Assembly: GCF_000020025.1 (NCBI RefSeq)
Contig: NC_010628.1
Location: 6,840,001-6,872,000 of the forward strand
From: Nostoc punctiforme PCC 73102
GTDB lineage: Bacteria; Cyanobacteriota; Cyanobacteriia; Cyanobacteriales; Nostocaceae
Direction: 5' to 3'
Length of the DNA stretch: 32,000 bases
Below, piece after piece: positions 1-6,990 of this stretch (positions within the stretch are counted from its first letter, which is position 1; each line of letters starts with the position of its first letter). Under the pieces are notes generated by a model that saw only the letters and a list, made by a program, of their open reading frames with translations, searched no databases and was not told where the DNA came from. Made by a program: the position numbers and the translations under genes.

Positions 1-456
1 AGTACTAATTTTAATCTATACATTTATTAATACAAGTGCATCGTCTCCAAACAAACCTACTCAATTAAATAATTTTATAGAAAAATTCGTTGAGCAACGA
101 TTTACTAATGCCAATGTGAATAGCCTAACAGCCAAATCAGTAGCTAAAAAAGGAGTCTGCAAAAACAATTGCAGCATTGCAAAGACTACTAAAAAGCAAA
201 TCAAATCTCATGATAGCAGTCCACTTTGATTTCTGTTCGCGCAGCGTGCTGTAGCGTAAGTGCGGTAGGTCTAGCTTCGCTAAAATCAAAGATGAGTCCA
301 TACATTAGAAAAAGTTAATCATCTAGCAGCAATCATAAAAATACCTATTAACTAGCTATTACGTATTTAATTTAAATCTAAATATTCTAAAAATTATTCT
401 ACGATGAATACTTATAAATTCCTGTAAGATCAATACAATAAACAACACTTAAAAAT

Positions 457-1533
457 ATGGACAATACAAATCAAAAAAAAGCTTTAATTAACAGCGAAAT
501 CTCCCTCTTTCTTAGAGGTTTGATTATTGGTAAAGTGCTGACACTTATGGTTATTGGTGGGCTGCTTTGGTGGTTACTAAAGCCGAATTTATTGTCCCGT
601 AACAGCGTTAACTCTTCTTCTAATCAAAGTTACAAGACCGTCTCTAATACTGCATCTAGTTTTCAGACAGTTGCAGATGTCCCCACTGCCTCATTTAACT
701 ACGGAGGAAGTACAGCTTGGGCATCTATTCGGCAATTGGTAGATTCTCAGATTCAGAGCGATCGCCCGGAACTACAATTACGTTATGTAGACCCTGTTAA
801 TGCTAGCCCTGGTTCTAGCTCAGGTATTAGGATGTTACTTGATGGGAAACTAGATTTTGCTCAGTCTTCTCGTCCCCTCACAGATGAAGAACAAGCTATA
901 GCAAAAGCGCAAGGCTTCACCCTTGAGCAACGTCAGGTAGGTATAGATGGAATAGCAGTGGTAGTCAACCCATCACTCAATGTCCCAGGTTTAACTGTAG
1001 ACCAATTGCAGCAGATTTATTTGGGGAAAATTACTAACTGGAATCAAGTAGGTGGGCCCAACCTACCCATCACACCTTTATCTCAACGACCAAAGGACGC
1101 AGATACAGTAATATTCCCTAGCAACAGCGACTTGAAGGGGCAAGCACTTGGCTCGAATGTGCAATATGTCTACTCTACTACAGAGGCAGTGCGCCAACTC
1201 AGTAAAATCCCTGGTGGTGTGTATTATGGTTCTGCCCGTTCGGTAGTGCCTCAATGTAGTGTGAAGGCTTTGCCATTGGGTCAGACTGCTGGTCAATTAA
1301 TTCCCCCCTATCGGGAACCTATGGTGTCGTCTGAGCAATGTCCGCGTCAGCGCAATCAGCTAAATACTGAAGCTATCAAAAATGGCAGCTATCCGATGAT
1401 TGCTAATTTGTTTGTGATTATTAAGCAGAATAAAGGTCGGGAACAGCAGATTGGGGATGCATACACCAAACTTTTATTAACTGACCAGGGACAAAGAGCA
1501 ATTGAGCAAGCTGGTTTCGTCAGTGTTGACTAG
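457..1533 (+). CDS. PstS-family (PBP_like_2) phosphate-binding protein with N-terminal membrane anchor
   Basis: 358-aa ORF. It has an N-terminal hydrophobic helix (VLTLMVIGGLLWWLL). The motif run FNYGGSTAW, IRMLLDGKLDFAQSSRPLT, GIDGIAVVVNP and LTVDQLQQIYLGKITNW is typical of PstS-like substrate-binding proteins. Confidence 0.6.
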   Translation: MDNTNQKKALINSEISLFLRGLIIGKVLTLMVIGGLLWWLLKPNLLSRNSVNSSSNQSYKTVSNTASSFQTVADVPTASFNYGGSTAWASIRQLVDSQIQSDRPELQLRYVDPVNASPGSSSGIRMLLDGKLDFAQSSRPLTDEEQAIAKAQGFTLEQRQVGIDGIAVVVNPSLNVPGLTVDQLQQIYLGKITNWNQVGGPNLPITPLSQRPKDADTVIFPSNSDLKGQALGSNVQYVYSTTEAVRQLSKIPGGVYYGSARSVVPQCSVKALPLGQTAGQLIPPYREPMVSSEQCPRQRNQLNTEAIKNGSYPMIANLFVIIKQNKGREQQIGDAYTKLLLTDQGQRAIEQAGFVSVD

Positions 1534-1565
1534 TAGATTTGGATGACAATTAAGCCTCCTTCCCC

Positions 1566-1600
1566 AAGAACCCCGACTTCTTAAAGAAGTCGGGGTTCTT
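1566..1600. terminator. Perfect 15-bp-stem hairpin (aagaaccccgacttc/ttaaa/gaagtcggggttctt) between convergent genes; probable bidirectional terminator and dispersed repeat
   Basis: The inverted repeat was read directly. It lies 33 nt after the PstS-like stop and 31 nt after the xisI stop. Confidence 0.6.
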
Positions 1601-1630
1601 ATAGAAGCTCTGAGTTGGAAATATTTACAT

Positions 1631-1966
1631 TTACTCGACAGCATAAGAAGTAAATTGGCGTTTAAAAGGAGAATGAAACCCAATCACAATATCAGAATGG
1701 GGTACACCTAACTCAACCAATCGTTCAGCAACAGACTCTTCTGTACCATTATACTGAATCCATATTTTCTCATTTTGAATATCAAAATGCATGACCGGGC
1801 CAAACACCCGCTTATCTCCTTGCCAGCCAACATAAGCTAGTTGATAATGGTCATTTTCATTGTCTAAAATTAATTGTGAATTTACTGTATCGGTATTAGA
1901 TGCTATTTGTTGATGTTCGCTCAATACTTGTTTGATAAGTTGTCGATAGCGTTCTATTTTATCCAT
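1631..1966 (-). CDS. xisI: XisI-family protein
   Basis: 111 aa. MDKIERYRQLIKQVL...HFDIQNEKIWIQYNGTEE...LVELGVPHSDIVIGFH matches the XisI family. Its ATG overlaps the end of the xisH reading frame (ATGGATAAAATAG), the usual xisH-xisI junction. Confidence 0.8.
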   Translation of the reverse strand: MDKIERYRQLIKQVLSEHQQIASNTDTVNSQLILDNENDHYQLAYVGWQGDKRVFGPVMHFDIQNEKIWIQYNGTEESVAERLVELGVPHSDIVIGFHSPFKRQFTSYAVE

Positions 1967-2368
1967 AGTCGAATTTCCTCACATCTTGGGTCGTAAACTA
2001 TCAACTTAACTTGGTAACGATGAAGAGCGCGTTGGACAAAAGAAAGTTGAAAAAAGTCTTGATATGTTTCAATAGGAACTGCTAGGTAAAGCGCTCTGTC
2101 TGCTTCTTGTTCTTCAATGGCTTGGCTAATTTAGATATTGTCCTAGTGCAGTATGAAATTCACTGATATCTGAATCTGCAATAAAACTCTTAATTTCAAC
2201 AGCTATTTTCTCTGTATTACGTTCTGCGGCAATGGCATTTTCAGCCGCTAAGTCTATTTGTAGTTTAATTGCTTCACTAATACGAATTGTAAAAGGATCG
2301 TGAGTAATTATCCACCCATCCTTAATTAATGCTTTTTTAACCTGTTGATGAAAAACATCTTTAGCCAT
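1954..2368 (-). pseudogene. xisH: XisH-family gene interrupted by a frameshift (or sequencing error) near 2126-2133
   Basis: The N-terminal 80 aa (MAKDVFHQQVKKALIKDGWIITHDPF...FHTALGQYLN) stop at TAG 2128-2126. The rest of the family-typical sequence (SQAIEEQEADRALYLAVPIETYQDFFQLSFVQRALHRYQVKLIVYDPRCEEIRLWIK) continues from 2127 in another frame to TAG 1956-1954. The 415-nt span fits a 2-nt loss from a 417-nt gene. Confidence 0.7.
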
Positions 2369-2417
2369 GTTGCTATCTCTAGATTAGGCCAGATTAACCT
2401 AAAATGATATTGTTGCT

Positions 2418-4244
2418 CTATGCAATGCGTTCCCCAAAGGGGTTGTCGTTCGTGCAGCGTGTCGTAGACAAGACATCGCACTCTCCATTATTCTGCATTG
2501 CTGTGGCAAGTTTTTCTAGATTTTGACTAATAGAGACACTACGGTGATGATTTACACCCCAGACTTGCTCACAAATATCTAAAGCTTGCAAATAAAGCGG
2601 TTCTGCTTCACCGTAACGTCCAGTTGCACGATAAATTTCTGCCAAATTATTGAGACTTTCGGCAACATTGGGATGATTTTCTCCCAATAGGTGCTTATCA
2701 AGTTCTAAGGCTTTTATACATAAAGATTCGGCTTCATTGTAGCGTCCTTGCTCCCTGTACATATAACCAAGAGCATAGATAGTATCTGCTAAAAGTGGAT
2801 GCGCCTTTTGCAATACACGCTGCTTCAGTTCCAAGGATTCTAAAAACAAAGATTCTGCTCGATCGTAGCGTCCTTGAGCGCGGTATATCAATCCTAAATT
2901 GTGCAAATCTGTTGCAACATCAGGATTCTCTTCTCCCAAAAATCGCTTATCTAATTCTATTGCTTGTTGCGACAATGGTTCAGCTTCAGTATAACGTCCT
3001 TGATGATAATAAAGTAGCGCTAAATTATTCAGTATAAGAGCGAAAGAAAGATGATTTTCACCAACCAAACGTTTTTCAAGTTCTAATGATTGCAGATACA
3101 GAGGTTCTGCTTCGTCATAACGTCCTTGCTCATCATATAGTAATGCCAAATTGTTCAGACTGACGGCGACATCCGCATGGTTTTCTCCCCACAAGCGTTT
3201 CCTCAGTTCCAAAGCTTGTTGATATAGGAGTTCCGCTTTAGCATATTGTCCAGTAGATTTGTAAAGTCCCGCCAAATTATTCAGGCTAGTAGCAAAAGAA
3301 GGATGATTGTCTCCTAGCAGGCGTTTCCTTAGTTCTAAAGCTTGTTTATATAAGGGTTCGGCTTCGCTGTACTGTCCTGTTGCACGATATATTCCAGCTA
3401 AATTGTTGAGACTATTAGCTAAATCTATCTGCAAACCTAATTCATTTTGTAGCTCACTCGCCTGTCGCCAATATTTAATTGCTAATTCCTGTTCTTCTTG
3501 ATAATTTTGAGATTCACCCCGATCTAATCTGCTGTGGTAAATATCGCCCAATCTTGAGTATAAAGTAGCCAATGTAGGGTCTTTAGTTCCCCGTTCTTGT
3601 TCTATTTTCTCGATTAGTTTTTGCAAATCTTGAATAGGCAAGAAAAAGGGGTTATTTTCATTAGTATCTGTGCTAGCTAATTCTGTGTCTCGAAAAACAA
3701 AGCGGATATTTTCTAATTCTTTACCAGGAATAGCATTTGTCTTTTGAGATTCAAACCGAAATACACCATTACGCCAACTCCAAAAATCAGGAGCTTTTTT
3801 AATTAGGTTGACTAAAATTTGATTAGTTACCCAAAGCACGATCGCAAATGGAAATTCGCGCAATCCTTCCCTTGTCCACTGTAAGTAACCAAAAAACTTT
3901 TCCTGTTCCGATTGCTCATTTCCCAACCTGAGAAAATAAAGTTGTTCAGCACCCGTCACAGTGATTACCGCCGGATTCTGCTGACGGAGATATTCTTCTT
4001 GTTGTACCAGTTGGTTAAGAGCAGCTTTTAGGCTCGGTTCCTGACGTGCTAAAGTCGCTCGATATGGATGGAAAGCAGGTTGTAGTTCAGCTTCATATTG
4101 AGCAATAATTTCATCGCGAAAGCTAGCATCATCGCAAACTGCAATCAGTAAGTTTAAGCCTCGTTTTTGAGCTTCAATAGAAACAATTAAATCATCATAC
4201 GCATCCTGATTTTCTCCTTCATCAAATAATTCTTCATTTAACAT
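2418..4244 (-). CDS. TPR-repeat protein: unassigned N-terminal domain of about 260 aa plus 7-8 kinesin-light-chain-type 42-aa TPR units
   Basis: 608 aa. The repeating unit is LNNLAxLYxxxGxYxEAEPLYxQALELxKRLLGxxHP, with 126-nt periodicity across about 2474-3452. The start overlaps the upstream ATPase stop by 11 nt (ATGTTAAATGA). Confidence 0.8.
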   Translation of the reverse strand: MLNEELFDEGENQDAYDDLIVSIEAQKRGLNLLIAVCDDASFRDEIIAQYEAELQPAFHPYRATLARQEPSLKAALNQLVQQEEYLRQQNPAVITVTGAEQLYFLRLGNEQSEQEKFFGYLQWTREGLREFPFAIVLWVTNQILVNLIKKAPDFWSWRNGVFRFESQKTNAIPGKELENIRFVFRDTELASTDTNENNPFFLPIQDLQKLIEKIEQERGTKDPTLATLYSRLGDIYHSRLDRGESQNYQEEQELAIKYWRQASELQNELGLQIDLANSLNNLAGIYRATGQYSEAEPLYKQALELRKRLLGDNHPSFATSLNNLAGLYKSTGQYAKAELLYQQALELRKRLWGENHADVAVSLNNLALLYDEQGRYDEAEPLYLQSLELEKRLVGENHLSFALILNNLALLYYHQGRYTEAEPLSQQAIELDKRFLGEENPDVATDLHNLGLIYRAQGRYDRAESLFLESLELKQRVLQKAHPLLADTIYALGYMYREQGRYNEAESLCIKALELDKHLLGENHPNVAESLNNLAEIYRATGRYGEAEPLYLQALDICEQVWGVNHHRSVSISQNLEKLATAMQNNGECDVLSTTRCTNDNPFGERIA

Positions 4245-5526
4245 TAATGGCTCCCTGTCTTTTCAAGCTTTCGATAATAATTGGATGAACATCATACCAA
4301 GTTTCATCAGTGCGATATTCTAGAACATACAGCCCATGTAACAAATCTAAAAACTCCGCTTGTTTCGGGTCATTGGGCATAAATTGTTCATAAACACTCT
4401 GCAAAATATCGATATCAGTTTTTCCTAAGCGTATCGAAAAATCATTGCGTATTTTATTGATTGCTTGCAGAAGAATTTTATCATCAATAATAACTTCGGC
4501 TGAGGGGTTTCGCCGGATAGTCCGCAAACAAATGCGGCAACATTCTTTAGAAATCCGAATTAACTCTCGCAATACGCCACCACTGTAAATCACAATTTTT
4601 TCAGCAGTTTCTGCTGCGATTAATTCATTGGGAATCCGCTTTTGTAAAACTTCACCAAGAATCTTTGTTGCTTCCCGGCGAGGTTGGGCATTAGGGAAGC
4701 GATTTTTACCTTTATCAAATATTTTTAAGACAGGCATTGCTACAACTTGATCGTTGGTTTCAGTAGCAATTATTGTGCTGATAAATGTTTCCCGAAGGAC
4801 TGCGATCGGAATAGTGTAAATAATTTGAAAGTTTGGTTGACAAAGAGCTTTAATGTTATCTCGATAAATTTCGTTAACTCTTCCTAAGTCAAGTTTGTCT
4901 AAATCATCAATAATTACTAAAACGTTTTGTTTAGTTGCAGCTTGAATTAGAGCAGCTATTTCGTTAATCCTTGCAACTAAATCTGATAACTTGCGTTCAA
5001 ACTCTTGCTTAATTTCATCTCGAACGCTAGCATCAGCTTTTAATTTAGAGCTAATCAACTTTAAGAGGTCAAAACCTATACTAACTTCTGCTTGTAAATT
5101 AGATTCTTCAGTGCGAGTGCGGGTAGCAAACCACTTATAAAGAGCTTCTTTAGTAGATTGCGGGATATCAACTTTGCGTGCTTCTGCCTCTGTCATTAAA
5201 TTAACTGCGATCGCAAACAGTATATTAATATGATTAACAGCCGACATTTCAATTTTATCGGCAATAGAAAACAGAACTACAAAATATTTATCTTGAATTT
5301 GTCGGCTAAATTCAGCTAATAAAGTAGACTTACCACATCCGCGATGTCCTGTAAAGACAATTTTGCCATCTCCATTAGGACTATCTTCCACTAATTGGTT
5401 CAGGTCTGCAATCAAATCATCACCATATTCGACTCGAAATCTTTCCATTTCATTCCGTTCCATCAACGGAAATAGTTCGAGATTACTGTATGCTTCTTGA
5501 AAGGAGTTTAATAAGTCTTCAGACAT
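4234..5526 (-). CDS. P-loop NTPase (AAA/STAND-like ATPase)
   Basis: 430 aa. Walker A is GHRGCGKST and Walker B is VLVIIDDLDKL, followed by a helical C-terminal region. It is translationally coupled to the TPR gene. Confidence 0.75.
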   Translation of the reverse strand: MSEDLLNSFQEAYSNLELFPLMERNEMERFRVEYGDDLIADLNQLVEDSPNGDGKIVFTGHRGCGKSTLLAEFSRQIQDKYFVVLFSIADKIEMSAVNHINILFAIAVNLMTEAEARKVDIPQSTKEALYKWFATRTRTEESNLQAEVSIGFDLLKLISSKLKADASVRDEIKQEFERKLSDLVARINEIAALIQAATKQNVLVIIDDLDKLDLGRVNEIYRDNIKALCQPNFQIIYTIPIAVLRETFISTIIATETNDQVVAMPVLKIFDKGKNRFPNAQPRREATKILGEVLQKRIPNELIAAETAEKIVIYSGGVLRELIRISKECCRICLRTIRRNPSAEVIIDDKILLQAINKIRNDFSIRLGKTDIDILQSVYEQFMPNDPKQAEFLDLLHGLYVLEYRTDETWYDVHPIIIESLKRQGAINVK

Positions 5527-5742
5527 TGGATAGTGCCGTAAACGTGCTAACTATTCATATAATGGCTCATGATTTTTGAAGCACAAGTTCAGGCAATGTC
5601 TAGGATAGAGTATGCCTACATAACTTCTCAAATTCCGTTAATCAATAACTACTAGGTGAGTGGTATGTTATGTCTTAAAAAGAGATGCCATAATTCTCAA
5701 ATTTCAACCTATAAATGAGTAACAGAGGTCAATAATCAATCA

Positions 5743-5796
5743 GACTGAATGATAGATTATACATTCGATAATTCCGACTGAATGATAGATTATACA
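5743..5796 (-). promoter_or_regulatory. Two identical 21-bp direct repeats (gactgaatgatagattataca) 33 bp apart, each carrying TATAAT on the minus strand; candidate duplicated promoter or operator upstream of the ATPase-TPR genes
   Basis: The copies lie at 5743-5763 and 5776-5796. The minus strand reads TGTATAATCTATCATTCAGTC. They sit about 220-270 nt upstream of the ATPase ATG (5526). Confidence 0.3.
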
Positions 5797-5961
5797 GACA
5801 AAATAGTAAAAGCTACTTAACAGATAAATAAAATAAAATTTTCAGTTATAAAAATAAATTTTTAGTGTGCTTCGTCTCATCCCTCTCTAGCCGATGCGAT
5901 GGTAGCTGTTGTTACTATTAGTTAGTAGTCTGTTAAAGAATAATTGACGAGTACATTCTTT

Positions 5962-6030
5962 GTAGAGACGGCGATTTATCGCGTCTCTCTAACGTGTCAA
6001 TTTTTTAGACGCGATAAATCGCGTCTCTAC
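5962..6030. repeat. Two GTAGAGACG...CGTCTCTAC-type hairpin repeats
   Basis: gtagagacggcgatttatcgcgtctctc lies at 5962-5989 and tagacgcgataaatcgcgtctctac at 6006-6030. The same arm sequence recurs at 10192-10219 and 26401-26438. Confidence 0.7.
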
Positions 6031-6045
6031 ATGAGATAAAGCTCC

Positions 6046-6255
6046 GCGACTTCAAAATTAGCTTTTGCGACTTCAAAATTAGCTTTTGCGACTTCAAAAT
6101 TAGCTTTTGCGACTTCAAAATTAGCTTTTGCAACTTCAAAACTAGCTTTTGCAACTTCAAAACTAGCTTTTGCGACTTCAAAACTAGCTTTTGCGACTTC
6201 AAAACTAGCTTTTGCGACTTCAAAACCTGCTTTTGTGACTTCCAAACCTGTTTTT
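6046..6255. repeat. Tandem array of 10 x 21 bp (gcgacttcaaaattagctttt and variants)
   Basis: The units were counted directly. Copies 1-4 are identical. Copies 5-6 carry gca/aaaacta variants. Copies 7-8 carry gcg/aaaacta. Copies 9-10 are degenerate. Each unit has caaaa/ttttg inverted arms. Confidence 0.95.
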
Positions 6256-6437
6256 CTCAAAGAATTTCAGCAAATATACCCGCATCTATCTAGTTGGCTA
6301 ATGCCATCCAATGCTTTTATAATTCTGTAACTTCACTGTGGCTGGTGCATCTGCTTGTTGCGTATTTTAATGATATATAAATAACTCAGTGTATAACATC
6401 GGGGTTATTTATAAATTAATTCAAATAGGAAAACTAT

Positions 6438-6806
6438 ATGACGCAACGGAAACGAAACTCCATGCCGCTGACCAAAGCTGAACGACGGATTGAAGGAATG
6501 CAGACAATTAACCCTCAGTTAGACTTTAGTAATGGGTTTTCAATTGCTACTTACAACACTAAAGTAATTGAGTTACGAGAGAAGCTAGCCGCTTATAATC
6601 AAGCACAAACAATAGTAGATAAGACACACAATGCATTAATGGAAGCAGAACGTGAGTTGAATACTTATTCTGAGCAAATGCTGTTGAATGTTGCATCTCG
6701 CTATGGCAAAAATAGTGATGAATATGAGATGGCTGGTGGAACGCGCAGGTCAGACCGCAAGAAACCACGCCCAGTAGTAAACCAAACAGTGGCATCTGTG
6801 AAGTGA
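6438..6806 (+). CDS. Hypothetical basic/coiled-coil protein (122 aa)
   Basis: ATG start with AGGA upstream. The composition is hydrophilic and protein-like, unlike the overlapping antisense ORF 6559-6858. No family was recognised. Confidence 0.4.
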   Translation: MTQRKRNSMPLTKAERRIEGMQTINPQLDFSNGFSIATYNTKVIELREKLAAYNQAQTIVDKTHNALMEAERELNTYSEQMLLNVASRYGKNSDEYEMAGGTRRSDRKKPRPVVNQTVASVK

Positions 6807-6836
6807 TTGTTTGGACTCGTTCCTTCTTTAGATAAG

Positions 6837-6864
6837 GGTGCGTTGACCTTTGTGACAACGCACC
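6837..6864. repeat. Hairpin repeat ggtgcgttg-N10-caacgcacc; partner in inverted orientation at 10023-10051
   Basis: 9-bp stems were read directly. The loop is the approximate reverse complement of the loop of the second copy. It lies 31 nt after the stop of ORF 6438-6806, so it may act as a terminator. Confidence 0.6.
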
Positions 6865-6990
6865 ACGATCCTATATTTTACCGCTTAACTTTTGAAGCGT
6901 CTCCAGAAACTTTTGACATCCCAAAATCGAATGCTGAGTGCGATCGCAAATAGACTAAGGATATCGTCAAACTCTAAATCAGACATAATC

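Noticed and set aside
1-240. A possible gene fragment at the left window edge.
   Set aside because: The only minus-strand ATG-initiated frame there is about 24 codons. No long open frame reaches the edge, so the region is treated as intergenic.
300-456. TTAA-containing octamers (attaacta, tttaattt) upstream of the PstS-like gene, considered as possible Pho boxes.
   Set aside because: The spacing (19 bp start to start) does not fit the 11-bp phasing of cyanobacterial Pho boxes. The region is generally AT-rich, so such octamers are expected by chance.
1078-1683. Minus-strand ORFs 1078-1296 and 1477-1683.
   Set aside because: The first is antisense within the PstS-like gene. The second spans the 1566-1600 terminator hairpin and overlaps two better-supported genes.
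6005-6260. ORFs 6005-6223 and 6027-6260 (minus strand) encode LVLKSQK and FEVAKAS heptad repeats. The regular array was also considered as a possible CRISPR.
   Set aside because: Both ORFs are simply two frames of the 21-bp tandem array and have no credible start or SD context. The array has no unique spacers between units, so it is a tandem repeat and not a CRISPR.
6559-6858. A 99-aa minus-strand ORF overlapping ORF 6438-6806.
   Set aside because: Its composition is H/C/L-rich and odd, and it has no SD. It also runs through the 6837-6864 hairpin. The plus-strand ORF was judged more plausible, but neither is strongly supported.
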